From a virus (taxonomy: Duplodnaviria > Caudoviricetes): a DNA stretch of 55,054 nucleotides. Shown here one piece after another: positions 9,402-17,409 of the stretch; the stretch's first letter is position 1, and each line of letters starts with the position of its first letter. The stretch is taken from positions 1-55,054 of the IMG/VR virus record IMGVR_UViG_3300049454_000015; one strand, written 5' to 3'. A program made the position numbers and the translations under genes. The notes beneath the pieces are model-generated. The model was not told where the DNA came from and searched no databases. It was given only the letters and a program-made list of their open reading frames with translations.

Positions 9402-9838
9402 AGTGCGATCCTGGCGCAGCCGTCCGCGATGGCCTGGGCCTGCTCGCGGGCGTGGGCGCGGATCCGTTGCACGTCGGGGGTGTCTCCGGCAAGCAGGGCG
9501 AGTCGTAGTGCTGCTAGGTCGTGGGCGTAGGCGGCCACGGCGGACTGGAGCGGGCCGGTCAGGTCAACGGCTGCGGCGTACAGGATCCGCGCGGCGTCGG
9601 TCAGTTCGTCGGGCTGGTCGGTGATCAGCTGGTCTGCGGTGTACGGGGCGACGGTGACCTGTACTTGCATGACGTCGCGGCACGCCATCCATGCGGTCAG
9701 CTGGTCCGGGACCGGGACCATAGCGGCTTCAGCCCGGGGGGTGTCACGGCTGTAGGCGGCCATCCCGCCGAACCCGACCGCGGCGGCGACCAGGGCGGCG
9801 GCTGCGGCGGCTGAGACGCCCGGCCGCGGCCGGGTCAC
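9398..9838 (-). CDS. membrane-anchored or secreted helical protein
   Basis: N-terminal hydrophobic segment, two Cys; GTGA overlap. Confidence 0.6.
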   Translation of the reverse strand: MTRPRPGVSAAAAAALVAAAVGFGGMAAYSRDTPRAEAAMVPVPDQLTAWMACRDVMQVQVTVAPYTADQLITDQPDELTDAARILYAAAVDLTGPLQSAVAAYAHDLAALRLALLAGDTPDVQRIRAHAREQAQAIADGCARIAL

Positions 9839-10209
9839 CGCCGCTCCCACAGCTGGCCGCCGCCGGGCGCGGCGGTCAGGGCTGCTTCCATGACGGTGAC
9901 GTGGTCCGCGCGGAGCCGGCGTGCCTCCATCTGGTCGTGGTCGGTGAAGGTCCGGCCGCACGCGCACTGCGCGTGCCACAGCCCGTCCCAGTGGAACGCC
10001 GGGGCGTCCGCTCCGTGGTTGGGTGCGGCCTGGACGGCTTCCGCTGCGTCCCGCAGCCACCGGGCCAGCTCGCCTTTGTCGTAGGACCAGACCCTGCCGA
10101 CGTAGGGGATCTGCACCTCCCACGCGGTGCGTTCCGTCGCGTCCGCCCAGATCGGGAAGACCTCAGCCGGGCACGGCCGGTCGGCGGTGATTTCGAACTC
10201 GTTGCTCAT
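9835..10209 (-). CDS. hypothetical protein (CxC...H Zn-finger-like)
   Basis: GAGGGAG RBS after cassette. Confidence 0.65.
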   Translation of the reverse strand: MSNEFEITADRPCPAEVFPIWADATERTAWEVQIPYVGRVWSYDKGELARWLRDAAEAVQAAPNHGADAPAFHWDGLWHAQCACGRTFTDHDQMEARRLRADHVTVMEAALTAAPGGGQLWERR

Positions 10210-10226
10210 GCTGGTGTGCTCCCTCT

Positions 10227-10287
10227 GCCAGGTGGGGTGAACTGGAGGCTTCAGTGTGTACGGCACACACACCCGTGTCAACAGTTT
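10227..10287 (-). promoter_or_regulatory. conserved promoter cassette
   Basis: AAACTGTTGACA-N17-CACACT...CCCACCTGGCA then RBS. Confidence 0.75.
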
Positions 10288-10296
10288 CCGTCCCCG

Positions 10297-10339
10297 GCTG
10301 GACTCAACAGGTTGTTGAGTCCAGCGCGGGTTGAGGGTT
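10297..10339. repeat. 43-bp palindromic element, copy 1
   Basis: GCTGGACTCAACA-GGT-TGTTGAGTCCAGC-GCGGGTTGAGGGTT, identical to 40784-40826. Confidence 0.9.
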
Positions 10340-10566
10340 TATCCGGTGGGTCGGATGTACCGGCAGAACCGGTCCGGGATCTTGTCGCGCTTCGCGAGAT
10401 CCAGCAGCGGGCCGGCGTTGCCGTTCACGCCGGACAGGACGGCCCGGTAGAACGTCAGCCAGTCACGCCACGTCAGATCTTGGGGAGACTCCATCTGGCT
10501 ACCGTAGGCCTGGGCTAGTGGGAGACCAGACGGTCGGGCGGCGTCGGCGCAGGCTCGGCCGCGCCG

Positions 10567-10992
10567 TCACCGCCGTGTTCCACGGCAACAGAACGGGCAC
10601 CGCAGCCGCAGCCGTTCGTGTTGCTCCAGCGCGTACGGGCCCAGCGCGAACAGGACGCATCCGGAGCTGAACAACAGCCGCCCGAGTGTGGAGTCATCCG
10701 CCATGACGATACCCGTGATTGTCAGTGTGACCGCGCCCGTGGCCCCGATGAGGGTGCAGTGGCCCAGCCGCAGCAGCGCCCGACGCCATCCGGCGTCCAT
10801 CGCGCCCGGCGGCGGCTGGGAACCTGGGCAGAGCGGGCACCGCGGCGGGGCGTGGATCACGCCGGCGAACGCCCCGGGGAGCATCCCGAACCACAAGGCG
10901 ATGTATGCCGGTTTCGGCGTGAGCCAAGCCACGACCGCAAGCCCGGGGAACACGATCAGGTTGGCTCGGGTTAGGAGATGCGCGAACAGCAT
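10567..10992 (-). CDS. 4-TM Zn-binding-like membrane protein, paralog B (frameshifted tail continues to 10515)
   Basis: H..CxxC and H...CPFCC motifs shared with 11001-11486; homologous tail lies in another frame. Confidence 0.65.
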   Translation of the reverse strand: MLFAHLLTRANLIVFPGLAVVAWLTPKPAYIALWFGMLPGAFAGVIHAPPRCPLCPGSQPPPGAMDAGWRRALLRLGHCTLIGATGAVTLTITGIVMADDSTLGRLLFSSGCVLFALGPYALEQHERLRLRCPFCCRGTRR

Positions 10993-11000
10993 CCGGGGGC

Positions 11001-11486
11001 TCAGTGCGAGACGAGGCGGTCGGGCGGCGTGGGGACCGGTTCGTCTTCGTCGTCCCCGCCGTGGCCGTGGCAGCAGAACGGGCACCACGGCTGCAGCCGG
11101 TCGTGTTCCGCGGCGGTGAAGATTTCCAGGGCCATGACCGCGTACCCGGTGCTGTTGAGTAGGTTCCCGATCGGGTTGTCCGCGTCCATGAACGCGGACG
11201 CCACGAGGCACACGAAAGCGATCCCGAGTAACCGCATCGCATGGTGGGCGGCGTGTAGCAGCATCCGGCGTCGGGCCGCGGTCTCCGGACCGTTCAGGGA
11301 CATCGCATCGACACACCGGCTGCAGAGGCGCCCGCCATGGCGGGCGACGCCGACGAGCAGGACCGTGACGACGGTGAGTTTCAGGCCGATCTCTGCAACG
11401 TCGGTGAGCACGCTGGTGGGGATCCATGTCAGTAAGCCAATGACCAGGAACAGTGGGACGGCGCGGTGGATCAAATACTTGATCAT
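11001..11486 (-). CDS. 4-TM Zn-binding-like membrane protein, paralog A
   Basis: four hydrophobic segments; HGGRLCSRC and HDRLQPWCPFCC; AAGGA RBS after AACCTGGC box. Confidence 0.7.
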   Translation of the reverse strand: MIKYLIHRAVPLFLVIGLLTWIPTSVLTDVAEIGLKLTVVTVLLVGVARHGGRLCSRCVDAMSLNGPETAARRRMLLHAAHHAMRLLGIAFVCLVASAFMDADNPIGNLLNSTGYAVMALEIFTAAEHDRLQPWCPFCCHGHGGDDEDEPVPTPPDRLVSH

Positions 11487-11638
11487 CGGTGGGTCCTTTC
11501 GCCAGGTTGGGGAAACGTCGAGCATCTTAGCCCGGGCCCGCGGCGGGCAGCTGGTGTATCCGGTTGGCCGGCGGGAGCGGGCAGCGCAGGCAGGTCCGAC
11601 ACGTGCAGGACGGAACCGGCGGGATGTCGGGCGGGGTC

Positions 11639-11824
11639 TCAGCGGGCACCGGGAGCCTCATGCTGCGGCACGCGGAACTCGTCATCGTTTGCTCCTCGTT
11701 CCTCGCACACCTTCAGCGGGCAGATGCCGTCTGGTGCGCCATCGATCCCGCGCATGCAGTGCCAGCGGTAAATGTGCGGGTCCTCGCAGTCCTTGCGCGG
11801 CTCGCAGACGATGGGCCTCTGCAT
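11639..11824 (-). CDS. small Cys-rich protein
   Basis: GGAGG RBS, 61 aa. Confidence 0.5.
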   Translation of the reverse strand: MQRPIVCEPRKDCEDPHIYRWHCMRGIDGAPDGICPLKVCEERGANDDEFRVPQHEAPGAR

Positions 11825-11988
11825 CACGCCTCCTCCTCGGGGTTGGTGTCGCCGTCGTTGCCGGGCAGCGCATGCCCACACTGACGGTCCTGCTCGGGCC
11901 GAGGCTGGGCGGGGGCCGGAAGCGAGAACCTGAACCCGTCCCGCGCCACCTCACCGCAATGGACCAGCGCGAACAACGTGTGCTGCAC
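11824..11988 (-). CDS. small hypothetical protein (below ORF-track cutoff)
   Basis: VQHTLFALVHCGEVARDGFRFSL...EEEA; stop overlaps next ATG; same frame as the upstream gene. Confidence 0.35.
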   Translation of the reverse strand: MQHTLFALVHCGEVARDGFRFSLPAPAQPRPEQDRQCGHALPGNDGDTNPEEEA

Positions 11989-12003
11989 GTCGGCCGGGGT
12001 CGG

Positions 12004-12558
12004 TCATGTGGGCTCCGATCTGGGTTCGGTGTTGTGTCTGGTTGGGTCCGTCCCGTCCTGTGGATCGGGCGGTACCCCATCCCTAGGTGGAGGATCTGTG
12101 ACGGTGTTGCGTAGCGAACGACCTGCGGTTTTCCTCCGGACTGTCCCCAGGGCGCGGCAGCGTTCGGCGGATGCGGCGCGGCGTTCCGCGGCCCGTTGGC
12201 GGCGTGCGGGTAGCAGCGCCTCGACCGCGTGCCGGGCGAGGTGGGCGAGGATCCGTTTCGATACCAGGAACCACGATCGGACCCCTTGGCCTCGGGCGAC
12301 GTAGCCGGGCCGGTAGGTGATGATCTGCGCGTCGGCCAGCTCGTGCACCAGGTCCAGGGTGCGGCGTGGCGAGTACCCGGCCTGGTCCGCGACGTCGGCT
12401 ATCGACGCGTTCACGGCGCCGGTGTGCCAGTCGGCCAGGTCCACGATCGCGCGGAGGATGTTCGCGTGTTGGCGCTTGATGCCGGGGTGCCCGCAACGCT
12501 CGAACGCCCGGTACAGGACGTTGAGGGGGGCACCTGCGCCGATGAGTCGGCGGCCCAT
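12004..12558 (-). CDS. wHTH protein, replication-initiator-like
   Basis: ILRAIVDLADWHTG.VNASIADVADQAGYSPRRTLDLVHELADAQIITY.PG resembles RepA-type N-terminal wHTH. Confidence 0.6.
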   Translation of the reverse strand: MGRRLIGAGAPLNVLYRAFERCGHPGIKRQHANILRAIVDLADWHTGAVNASIADVADQAGYSPRRTLDLVHELADAQIITYRPGYVARGQGVRSWFLVSKRILAHLARHAVEALLPARRQRAAERRAASAERCRALGTVRRKTAGRSLRNTVTDPPPRDGVPPDPQDGTDPTRHNTEPRSEPT

Positions 12559-12659
12559 TACCGGGCGGGTGGTCGCGTCCCGACGATGATCGACATGGAT
12601 CGATGGCGGTGTGCGCGTGTACCTTGGGGCACAACTTCTCCCTGCGTCGGTGGTTCTGC

Positions 12660-12724
12660 GCAGGGAGAGGGGAACCAGGGCCCGAGGTGTGCAACCACCT
12701 GCGGGCCTTTCCCTTTCGCCCTGC
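12660..12724. other. long imperfect hairpin in the leader of the initiator-like gene
   Basis: GCAGGG...GGCCCG-AGGTG-TGCAAC-CACCT-GCGGGCC...CCCTGC. Confidence 0.6.
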
Positions 12725-12804
12725 TCGTGCAGCGACCAACCTACACGGCTACCGCTCAGACACGCCGCACGGCACATGCCCAACAGCCATCACACCACCC
12801 GCCT

Positions 12805-12865
12805 AAACTGTTGACACGGGCTCGGTTCGGCGTAGGCTTCCCAGCGTTTACCACAACCACCTGGC
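12805..12865 (+). promoter_or_regulatory. conserved promoter cassette (plus strand)
   Basis: AAACTGTTGACA-N16-TAGGCT...AACCACCTGGC then RBS. Confidence 0.8.
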
Positions 12866-12889
12866 GCAGGGAACGGGAGACACCAGATC

Positions 12890-13153
12890 ATGACAAGCAT
12901 GCGTGCGGTAGTACGCGGCGCGACCCCCGGAGCGGTCCACCCCCGGGTGCTGATCTACGTCGGACCGGACGAGGCGCGCCACGCCTTCGCCGGGACCTTG
13001 ATCATGTCAGCGGCCGAAGCGTTCGCCGTCGCTGCCCGCATCAACGGCGAGGACCAGCAGCACACCCACAGCACCGAGGGAGACTCGACCCGATCATGCA
13101 CCGCCATGCCCGACCCGGCCGCCACATCCGGTGGCCCGGCCACTCGTTCCTGA
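12890..13153 (+). CDS. hypothetical protein
   Basis: GGGAG RBS after cassette. Confidence 0.6.
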   Translation: MTSMRAVVRGATPGAVHPRVLIYVGPDEARHAFAGTLIMSAAEAFAVAARINGEDQQHTHSTEGDSTRSCTAMPDPAATSGGPATRS

Positions 13154-13659
13154 TGCTCGCTCTCGCCGGTGCCAGCGGGCTACTGATGTCGCTACTGATC
13201 TGGCCGCAGGTGCCGGCGTCCCGCGCATCCGTCCTGCCCCCGGCGACCATCGGAACCCCCACCACGGCCCCGGCCGGGGCCGGCCCCGCGGCGGCCGGGG
13301 GCGCCACCAGCTCGACCACCAGGACCACCACGGCCGCCCGCACGCGAGCCGCCGCGGCGGCTGCCCGCAGACCGGAGGAACGTCACCACATGACCCCCGA
13401 CAAGCCGGCCCGGACCGAACCCCGCGCCGGCCACACGCCCGATCCGGGCCCGAGCCGGGCACCCGAGACGCCCGACCCGCCGGCCGAGGACCCGACCCCC
13501 ACACCGCCGGCCAGCGGGCCCCCCGCTGACAGTCCGCCCCCGCCGCGATGCAGCGACGGACACGGCGACTGGGATCCGGTGTGGGACGAGCAGGCCCAGA
13601 AGTGGAGCTGCCCGCCCAACCCGAACCCGCCGACCCCCACCCCCCGGCGGCCACGGTAA
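13096..13659 (+). CDS. membrane-anchored Pro/Thr-rich protein with small C-terminal Cys/Trp domain
   Basis: TM/signal segment, long P/T/A linker, C..W..W..W.C; alternative start at 13153. Confidence 0.6.
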   Translation: MHRHARPGRHIRWPGHSFLMLALAGASGLLMSLLIWPQVPASRASVLPPATIGTPTTAPAGAGPAAAGGATSSTTRTTTAARTRAAAAAARRPEERHHMTPDKPARTEPRAGHTPDPGPSRAPETPDPPAEDPTPTPPASGPPADSPPPPRCSDGHGDWDPVWDEQAQKWSCPPNPNPPTPTPRRPR

Positions 13660-13752
13660 CCGATGAACCTGAACCTGCAGCAGTAAAACCGCAGGTCACA
13701 GGTAGGGGAAGCTTCACACACCTAATCGCCGAACGTGAAGGGACTGGTATCC

Positions 13753-14337
13753 GTGGCACCCCACAACAAGCACAGGGCCTCAGATCGGCTCTCAGAGCTT
13801 CCGCCCCCGGACCGCGCCGCGGTCCGCCGGCTGCTGGCCCGGCGCCGTCGCCGCGCCGAGGACACGGCGGCCGGCGTTACCCGGCCGGTCGACATCGACC
13901 AGAAGACGGCGGCGATCATCGCCCAGATAGGCGGATGGGATCCGCACACCGGAGCCTCCGGCATGATCGCCCGCTGCGCCGAGGACCCGTCCGCGCTGTC
14001 CGGGCTGCGGGAGATCGCCCGCCACATGGAACGGGTCTTCCAGATCGCGCATCCCCTCGCCTACGACTCGATGCGCGCCAAGGGCTCCCTGGCCCAGGAC
14101 GGTAAGCAGCCGTTCGGGTACGGCTCCCTGGGGGTTCTCGCCGGGTCGCCCCGGGACACGGTCCGCAGTGCCGTCAACCGTGGCCGGGACCTGATGAACA
14201 TCGAGTTGGAGGATGCCGGCGTTCCGGTGCTCGACCGGGTGCGGGAGCTGCGCCGCGACCGGATCACCGCGGCAGGTCTGGCCGCGGTGATTCCGCTACC
14301 GGCGATCGGCAGGCGGAGGAAAGCGGCCGGCGAATGA
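13753..14337 (+). CDS. hypothetical protein, possible C-terminal HTH
   Basis: GAAGGGA RBS; FGYGSLGVLAGSPRDTVRSAVNRG is HTH-like. Confidence 0.6.
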   Translation: MAPHNKHRASDRLSELPPPDRAAVRRLLARRRRRAEDTAAGVTRPVDIDQKTAAIIAQIGGWDPHTGASGMIARCAEDPSALSGLREIARHMERVFQIAHPLAYDSMRAKGSLAQDGKQPFGYGSLGVLAGSPRDTVRSAVNRGRDLMNIELEDAGVPVLDRVRELRRDRITAAGLAAVIPLPAIGRRRKAAGE

Positions 14338-14516
14338 GCGACGGATGCGCGAAGGCGACCGGGGGGGTTGGGAACGCGGCGGCGTTCAACACTGGCCGGC
14401 GGGCCTGCTCGTGTGGCCGGTGCGGGCCGGTCCCGGATAAGGACGGCAGCCGCGTGCAGCGCCGCAAGGCGGCACGGCGGGAACGCGCCGCGCGGCGTAG
14501 GGCGGCCGGGCTGTGA
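14334..14516 (+). CDS. small Cys/Arg-rich protein
   Basis: ATGA and GTGA overlaps with both neighbours. Confidence 0.5.
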   Translation: MSDGCAKATGGVGNAAAFNTGRRACSCGRCGPVPDKDGSRVQRRKAARRERAARRRAAGL

Positions 14517-14725
14517 CCGCGCAGGGCCGGGGCCGCCGCGTCGAGTCGGGTGACCGTGTCGACCTCGGGGCGGAAGCCGCGCGGCTGCACGGGCAGGGCC
14601 TGCCGATCCGGACCGTCGCAACCAGGATCGGCCGCTCGTACGGGTTCACGCACCGGCTGCTGTCCGACTCCGGTGTCGAGCTGCGGCCCCGGTCCTACCG
14701 GGCGCCGAAGGGGGCCGCAGGGTGA
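14513..14725 (+). CDS. small actinobacterial HTH protein
   Basis: GLPIRTVATRIGRSYGFTHRLLSDSGVELRPR matches the GxSIRxLAxxxGRSYGFVHRxLxExGVxLR family. Confidence 0.8.
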   Translation: MTAQGRGRRVESGDRVDLGAEAARLHGQGLPIRTVATRIGRSYGFTHRLLSDSGVELRPRSYRAPKGAAG

Positions 14726-15012
14726 TCGGTGAAGGCGAATTACCGGCCGGCCCGGACGACACTGGTTGGTTACCGGCGAGGCCGGACGAAACCAGCACCA
14801 GCGCGCTGCTGTCTGAAGCGGTCCGCATCCTGTGTCGGCCGGGCGTGGTGCGGGCCGAGGTCCGTCCGTCGCTGCATTCTCAGATTCCGGTCGGGCAGTG
14901 GATCGCTCACGCGCTAGCGAACCTGGAAACCTACCCGTGCCTGAACCAGGAGGATCGGGAGGTGCTGACCGTGGCGGCGTTGAAGACGACGGCGCTCGGA
15001 ACGTTCCGGTGA
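14722..15012 (+). CDS. hypothetical protein
   Basis: GTGA overlap, 96 aa. Confidence 0.5.
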   Translation: MIGEGELPAGPDDTGWLPARPDETSTSALLSEAVRILCRPGVVRAEVRPSLHSQIPVGQWIAHALANLETYPCLNQEDREVLTVAALKTTALGTFR

Positions 15013-15076
15013 CGTGGGCGTGCCCGTACGGGCGGTGCGCAGTGTGCACGCCCCGGAGTGAGAGGGAGTGAAATTG

Positions 15077-15229
15077 GTGACGGACAAGTCGAACGGCGAC
15101 AAACGCGGGAAGCGCGGCTGGCGGCAGAACCCATCGGCTCCGCTGCCGAAACGGAAACCGACCGCGGAGGATCTACAGAAGATGGTCGACCAGCCGGCGG
15201 ACGAAGATCAGGATCAGCCGGACGAATGA
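15077..15229 (+). CDS. small hypothetical protein (basic N-terminus, acidic C-terminus)
   Basis: GAGGGAG RBS; 50 aa, below ORF-track cutoff. Confidence 0.45.
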   Translation: MTDKSNGDKRGKRGWRQNPSAPLPKRKPTAEDLQKMVDQPADEDQDQPDE

Positions 15230-15290
15230 TCAGGATCACCGGGTCGGGAGGCGGCCGGGTGGGTAATCTCCGGCAAGGAGAGATCATGTC

Positions 15291-15464
15291 CTCGCCCCGC
15301 CACCACCCCACCCCGGCGGGGCGAGAGCTCACCCCCGGCCCGACTCCCCACGAAGGGCCGGGGGTGAGCACCGGTCCGAACAGTTCAGGGCCCGGACATC
15401 CCATGGGGTCGTCCGGGCCCTGACCTTCTGGAATCCCACCTGGCAAGGCATAGACCACCAGAAG
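15291..15464. other. array of four hairpins at the junction of convergent operons (terminator or ncRNA)
   Basis: stems 15291-15325, 15327-15369, 15385-15423, 15425-15464. Confidence 0.7.
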
Positions 15465-15549
15465 TGCGGCGGCGGAGGGTCGAAAACCGCCTGATCCGCT
15501 CCCCTACGGTACGACAAGCCGCACGGAAACGCCATGCCGGCCCCCCGGG

Positions 15550-15900
15550 TCAGCTGGCGTGCCGGCGGATCTCCAGCTCTCGGGCCTGAACCTCCAGCTC
15601 GGTGATCTCCGCGCGGTGCGGGCCGTTGATGTTCGAGCGGCGGACCACGTCCAGCAGCTGCCGCACGATCCCGAGAGCCTCCCCAAGGATCATGTCCGAG
15701 TGGCGCGCACGGGCCCTGCTTTCCTCCAGTTCGGCATGCACCATCGCTACGACGCCTTTAGCACTGCCGGCGATCACGGCATCTGTGTCGGCCCGCACTT
15801 TCGCGCTGGTCCGGGGCAACAGGAACGCCTGAACCACGGCGGTGACCCCGGAAGCGGACAAGATCCCGGCGATCACGACGGGAAGCAGCTCGCGCATCAC
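15550..15900 (-). CDS. lysis-module membrane protein (TM plus coiled coil)
   Basis: N-terminal TM; downstream of holin. Confidence 0.65.
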   Translation of the reverse strand: MMRELLPVVIAGILSASGVTAVVQAFLLPRTSAKVRADTDAVIAGSAKGVVAMVHAELEESRARARHSDMILGEALGIVRQLLDVVRRSNINGPHRAEITELEVQARELEIRRHAS

Positions 15901-16352
15901 TGCACTTCCCCTCCTCGGTGCGCTGACCTGGTCACCGCGATGACGTCACCGGCCGCGCACGCCCCGAACGCCAGGATCGGCCAGCCCAGCGCGACCGCGC
16001 GCGCCCATCCGGCGGTCCCGGCGAGCGCCGTCCAGTACTCCAGGGTGGCACCGGCGAGCAGAGTCATGCCGACCCGCAGCACCGCGGGCCGGCGGGCGAG
16101 CACGGCGACCATCCCGATCAGGCAGCCGAGGGTCAGCATCACCGCCCACGTGGTCACCACGGCCGGCGGTAGCAGCTCCTCAAGGCTGCCCGGCCGTGGC
16201 GCGCCGGCCAGCAGCGTGGTCCCGGCGCCTGTGCCCAGTGTCAGGATCAGCATCTGCCAGCGGTTATAGGCGGTGCGGCTCCAGAGCGCCCAGATCGCCA
16301 GCTGCCAGCGGGTGTATCGCCTGCGGCTCCAGAACGCGTAGGCGTTCCACAC
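15897..16352 (-). CDS. 4-TM lysis-module membrane protein
   Basis: four hydrophobic segments. Confidence 0.65.
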   Translation of the reverse strand: MWNAYAFWSRRRYTRWQLAIWALWSRTAYNRWQMLILTLGTGAGTTLLAGAPRPGSLEELLPPAVVTTWAVMLTLGCLIGMVAVLARRPAVLRVGMTLLAGATLEYWTALAGTAGWARAVALGWPILAFGACAAGDVIAVTRSAHRGGEVQ

Positions 16353-16355
16353 GCG

Positions 16356-16607
16356 TCACCGGCCGAACGGATCGGTCACCGGGGTTGGCGGCCGAGGTGT
16401 GTGACGCGCCACATACCCGGCCAGGTAGGCGACCGCGGCCGGCAGCAGCCCGAGTAGGGGCGCCTCGACCGGATCCGGGAGCGCGCCCAGTAGCGAGTTG
16501 TCTGCCTGCACCAGACCCAGTGCGGCGAGCAGCGCGGTAGCCGCTACGTACGTCCATGCCGCGGCAGTTTTGACTTTCCGTTCCACCGGTGCGGGGCTGG
16601 TGCTCAT
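16356..16607 (-). CDS. holin
   Basis: PVERKVKTAA...two TMs...LAGYVARHTPRP, actinophage holin pattern. Confidence 0.8.
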   Translation of the reverse strand: MSTSPAPVERKVKTAAAWTYVAATALLAALGLVQADNSLLGALPDPVEAPLLGLLPAAVAYLAGYVARHTPRPPTPVTDPFGR

Positions 16608-16661
16608 AGATCACAGTGAATCACGTCTGGCCTGCCCGACCTGCGGGAATCCGGCCCGACG

Positions 16662-16907
16662 TCACTGCGGTTTCGAGTCGCGCCGGCTGCGCCGCCAGTA
16701 CCGGATGCCGAAGTGCAGGGGCAGCCACGCGCACAGCGCCCCGATGACCGCGAACGTGACCTCCATCGGCACGTACTTGACGATGAGGTCGGTCCAGGGG
16801 TCGGTGTTCGGGTCACCGTCGAACGCGGCGAGCAGCTCCAGCATGATCGCGAGCGCGGTGATGGCGAGGAACGTGCACAGCCACGCGTCGCGGGTGGACC
16901 GCTTCAC
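16662..16907 (-). CDS. 2-TM membrane protein (holin-like)
   Basis: two TMs, basic C-terminus; GTGA overlap with lysin. Confidence 0.65.
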   Translation of the reverse strand: MKRSTRDAWLCTFLAITALAIMLELLAAFDGDPNTDPWTDLIVKYVPMEVTFAVIGALCAWLPLHFGIRYWRRSRRDSKPQ

Positions 16908-17380
16908 GCCGGCCGCCGCAGCAGCCGGACGAGCCGCACCAACTCCACGCCGTACTTCGGATCAGACGGGGCCCACGGGCCGAGCTGGTGAACGTTCGGG
17001 GCAATGCCACGCAACACCCAGTCGCTACGCGGGTCCGGGTTCCACGTCGGCAACGGGCCGGTGCTGGCGTAGGCGAGCAGGTGGCAGGCGTGGGCCTGCG
17101 CGCCGGTGTGCAGGTCGACGAACCGGGCGTGCGCGTTCGGGTCGTCATCGTCGCCACCGGCCCGGGTCTTCAACCCGCAGGTGTTGTTGAAGCTGGCATT
17201 GACGCCGCCTTTCCCCCCGAAGCGGCCCCAGCCGGTCTCGCGGGCGCACTGGGCGGCCAAGACCACCGGGTCTACGCCGGTGCGCTCCCCGGCGGCCCAC
17301 AGCGCCCCCAGCGCCCCCAGCGTGTACCAGGGCGCCGGGTTCTGGGTGAGCGCGTTGCGCAGCACCGTCTCATACGTCAC
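16904..17380 (-). CDS. GH73 glucosaminidase-like lysin (catalytic domain only)
   Basis: GVDPVVLAAQCARETGWG...NNTCGLK...WAPSDPKYG. Confidence 0.8.
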   Translation of the reverse strand: MTYETVLRNALTQNPAPWYTLGALGALWAAGERTGVDPVVLAAQCARETGWGRFGGKGGVNASFNNTCGLKTRAGGDDDDPNAHARFVDLHTGAQAHACHLLAYASTGPLPTWNPDPRSDWVLRGIAPNVHQLGPWAPSDPKYGVELVRLVRLLRRPA

Positions 17381-17409
17381 GGAAGGCCGGCCCGCGATGG
17401 GAACCGGCT

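Noticed and set aside
10297-10325. 13-bp inverted arms as a loxP/dif-type or protelomerase site
   Set aside because: The 3-bp spacer does not fit tyrosine recombinase cores (6-8 bp), and no recombinase or protelomerase gene is in the window; kept only as an unexplained repeat
13685-13740. GCAGGTCA motif and short CTTCAC/GTGAAG inverted repeat as an att site
   Set aside because: Too short, and no integrase nearby
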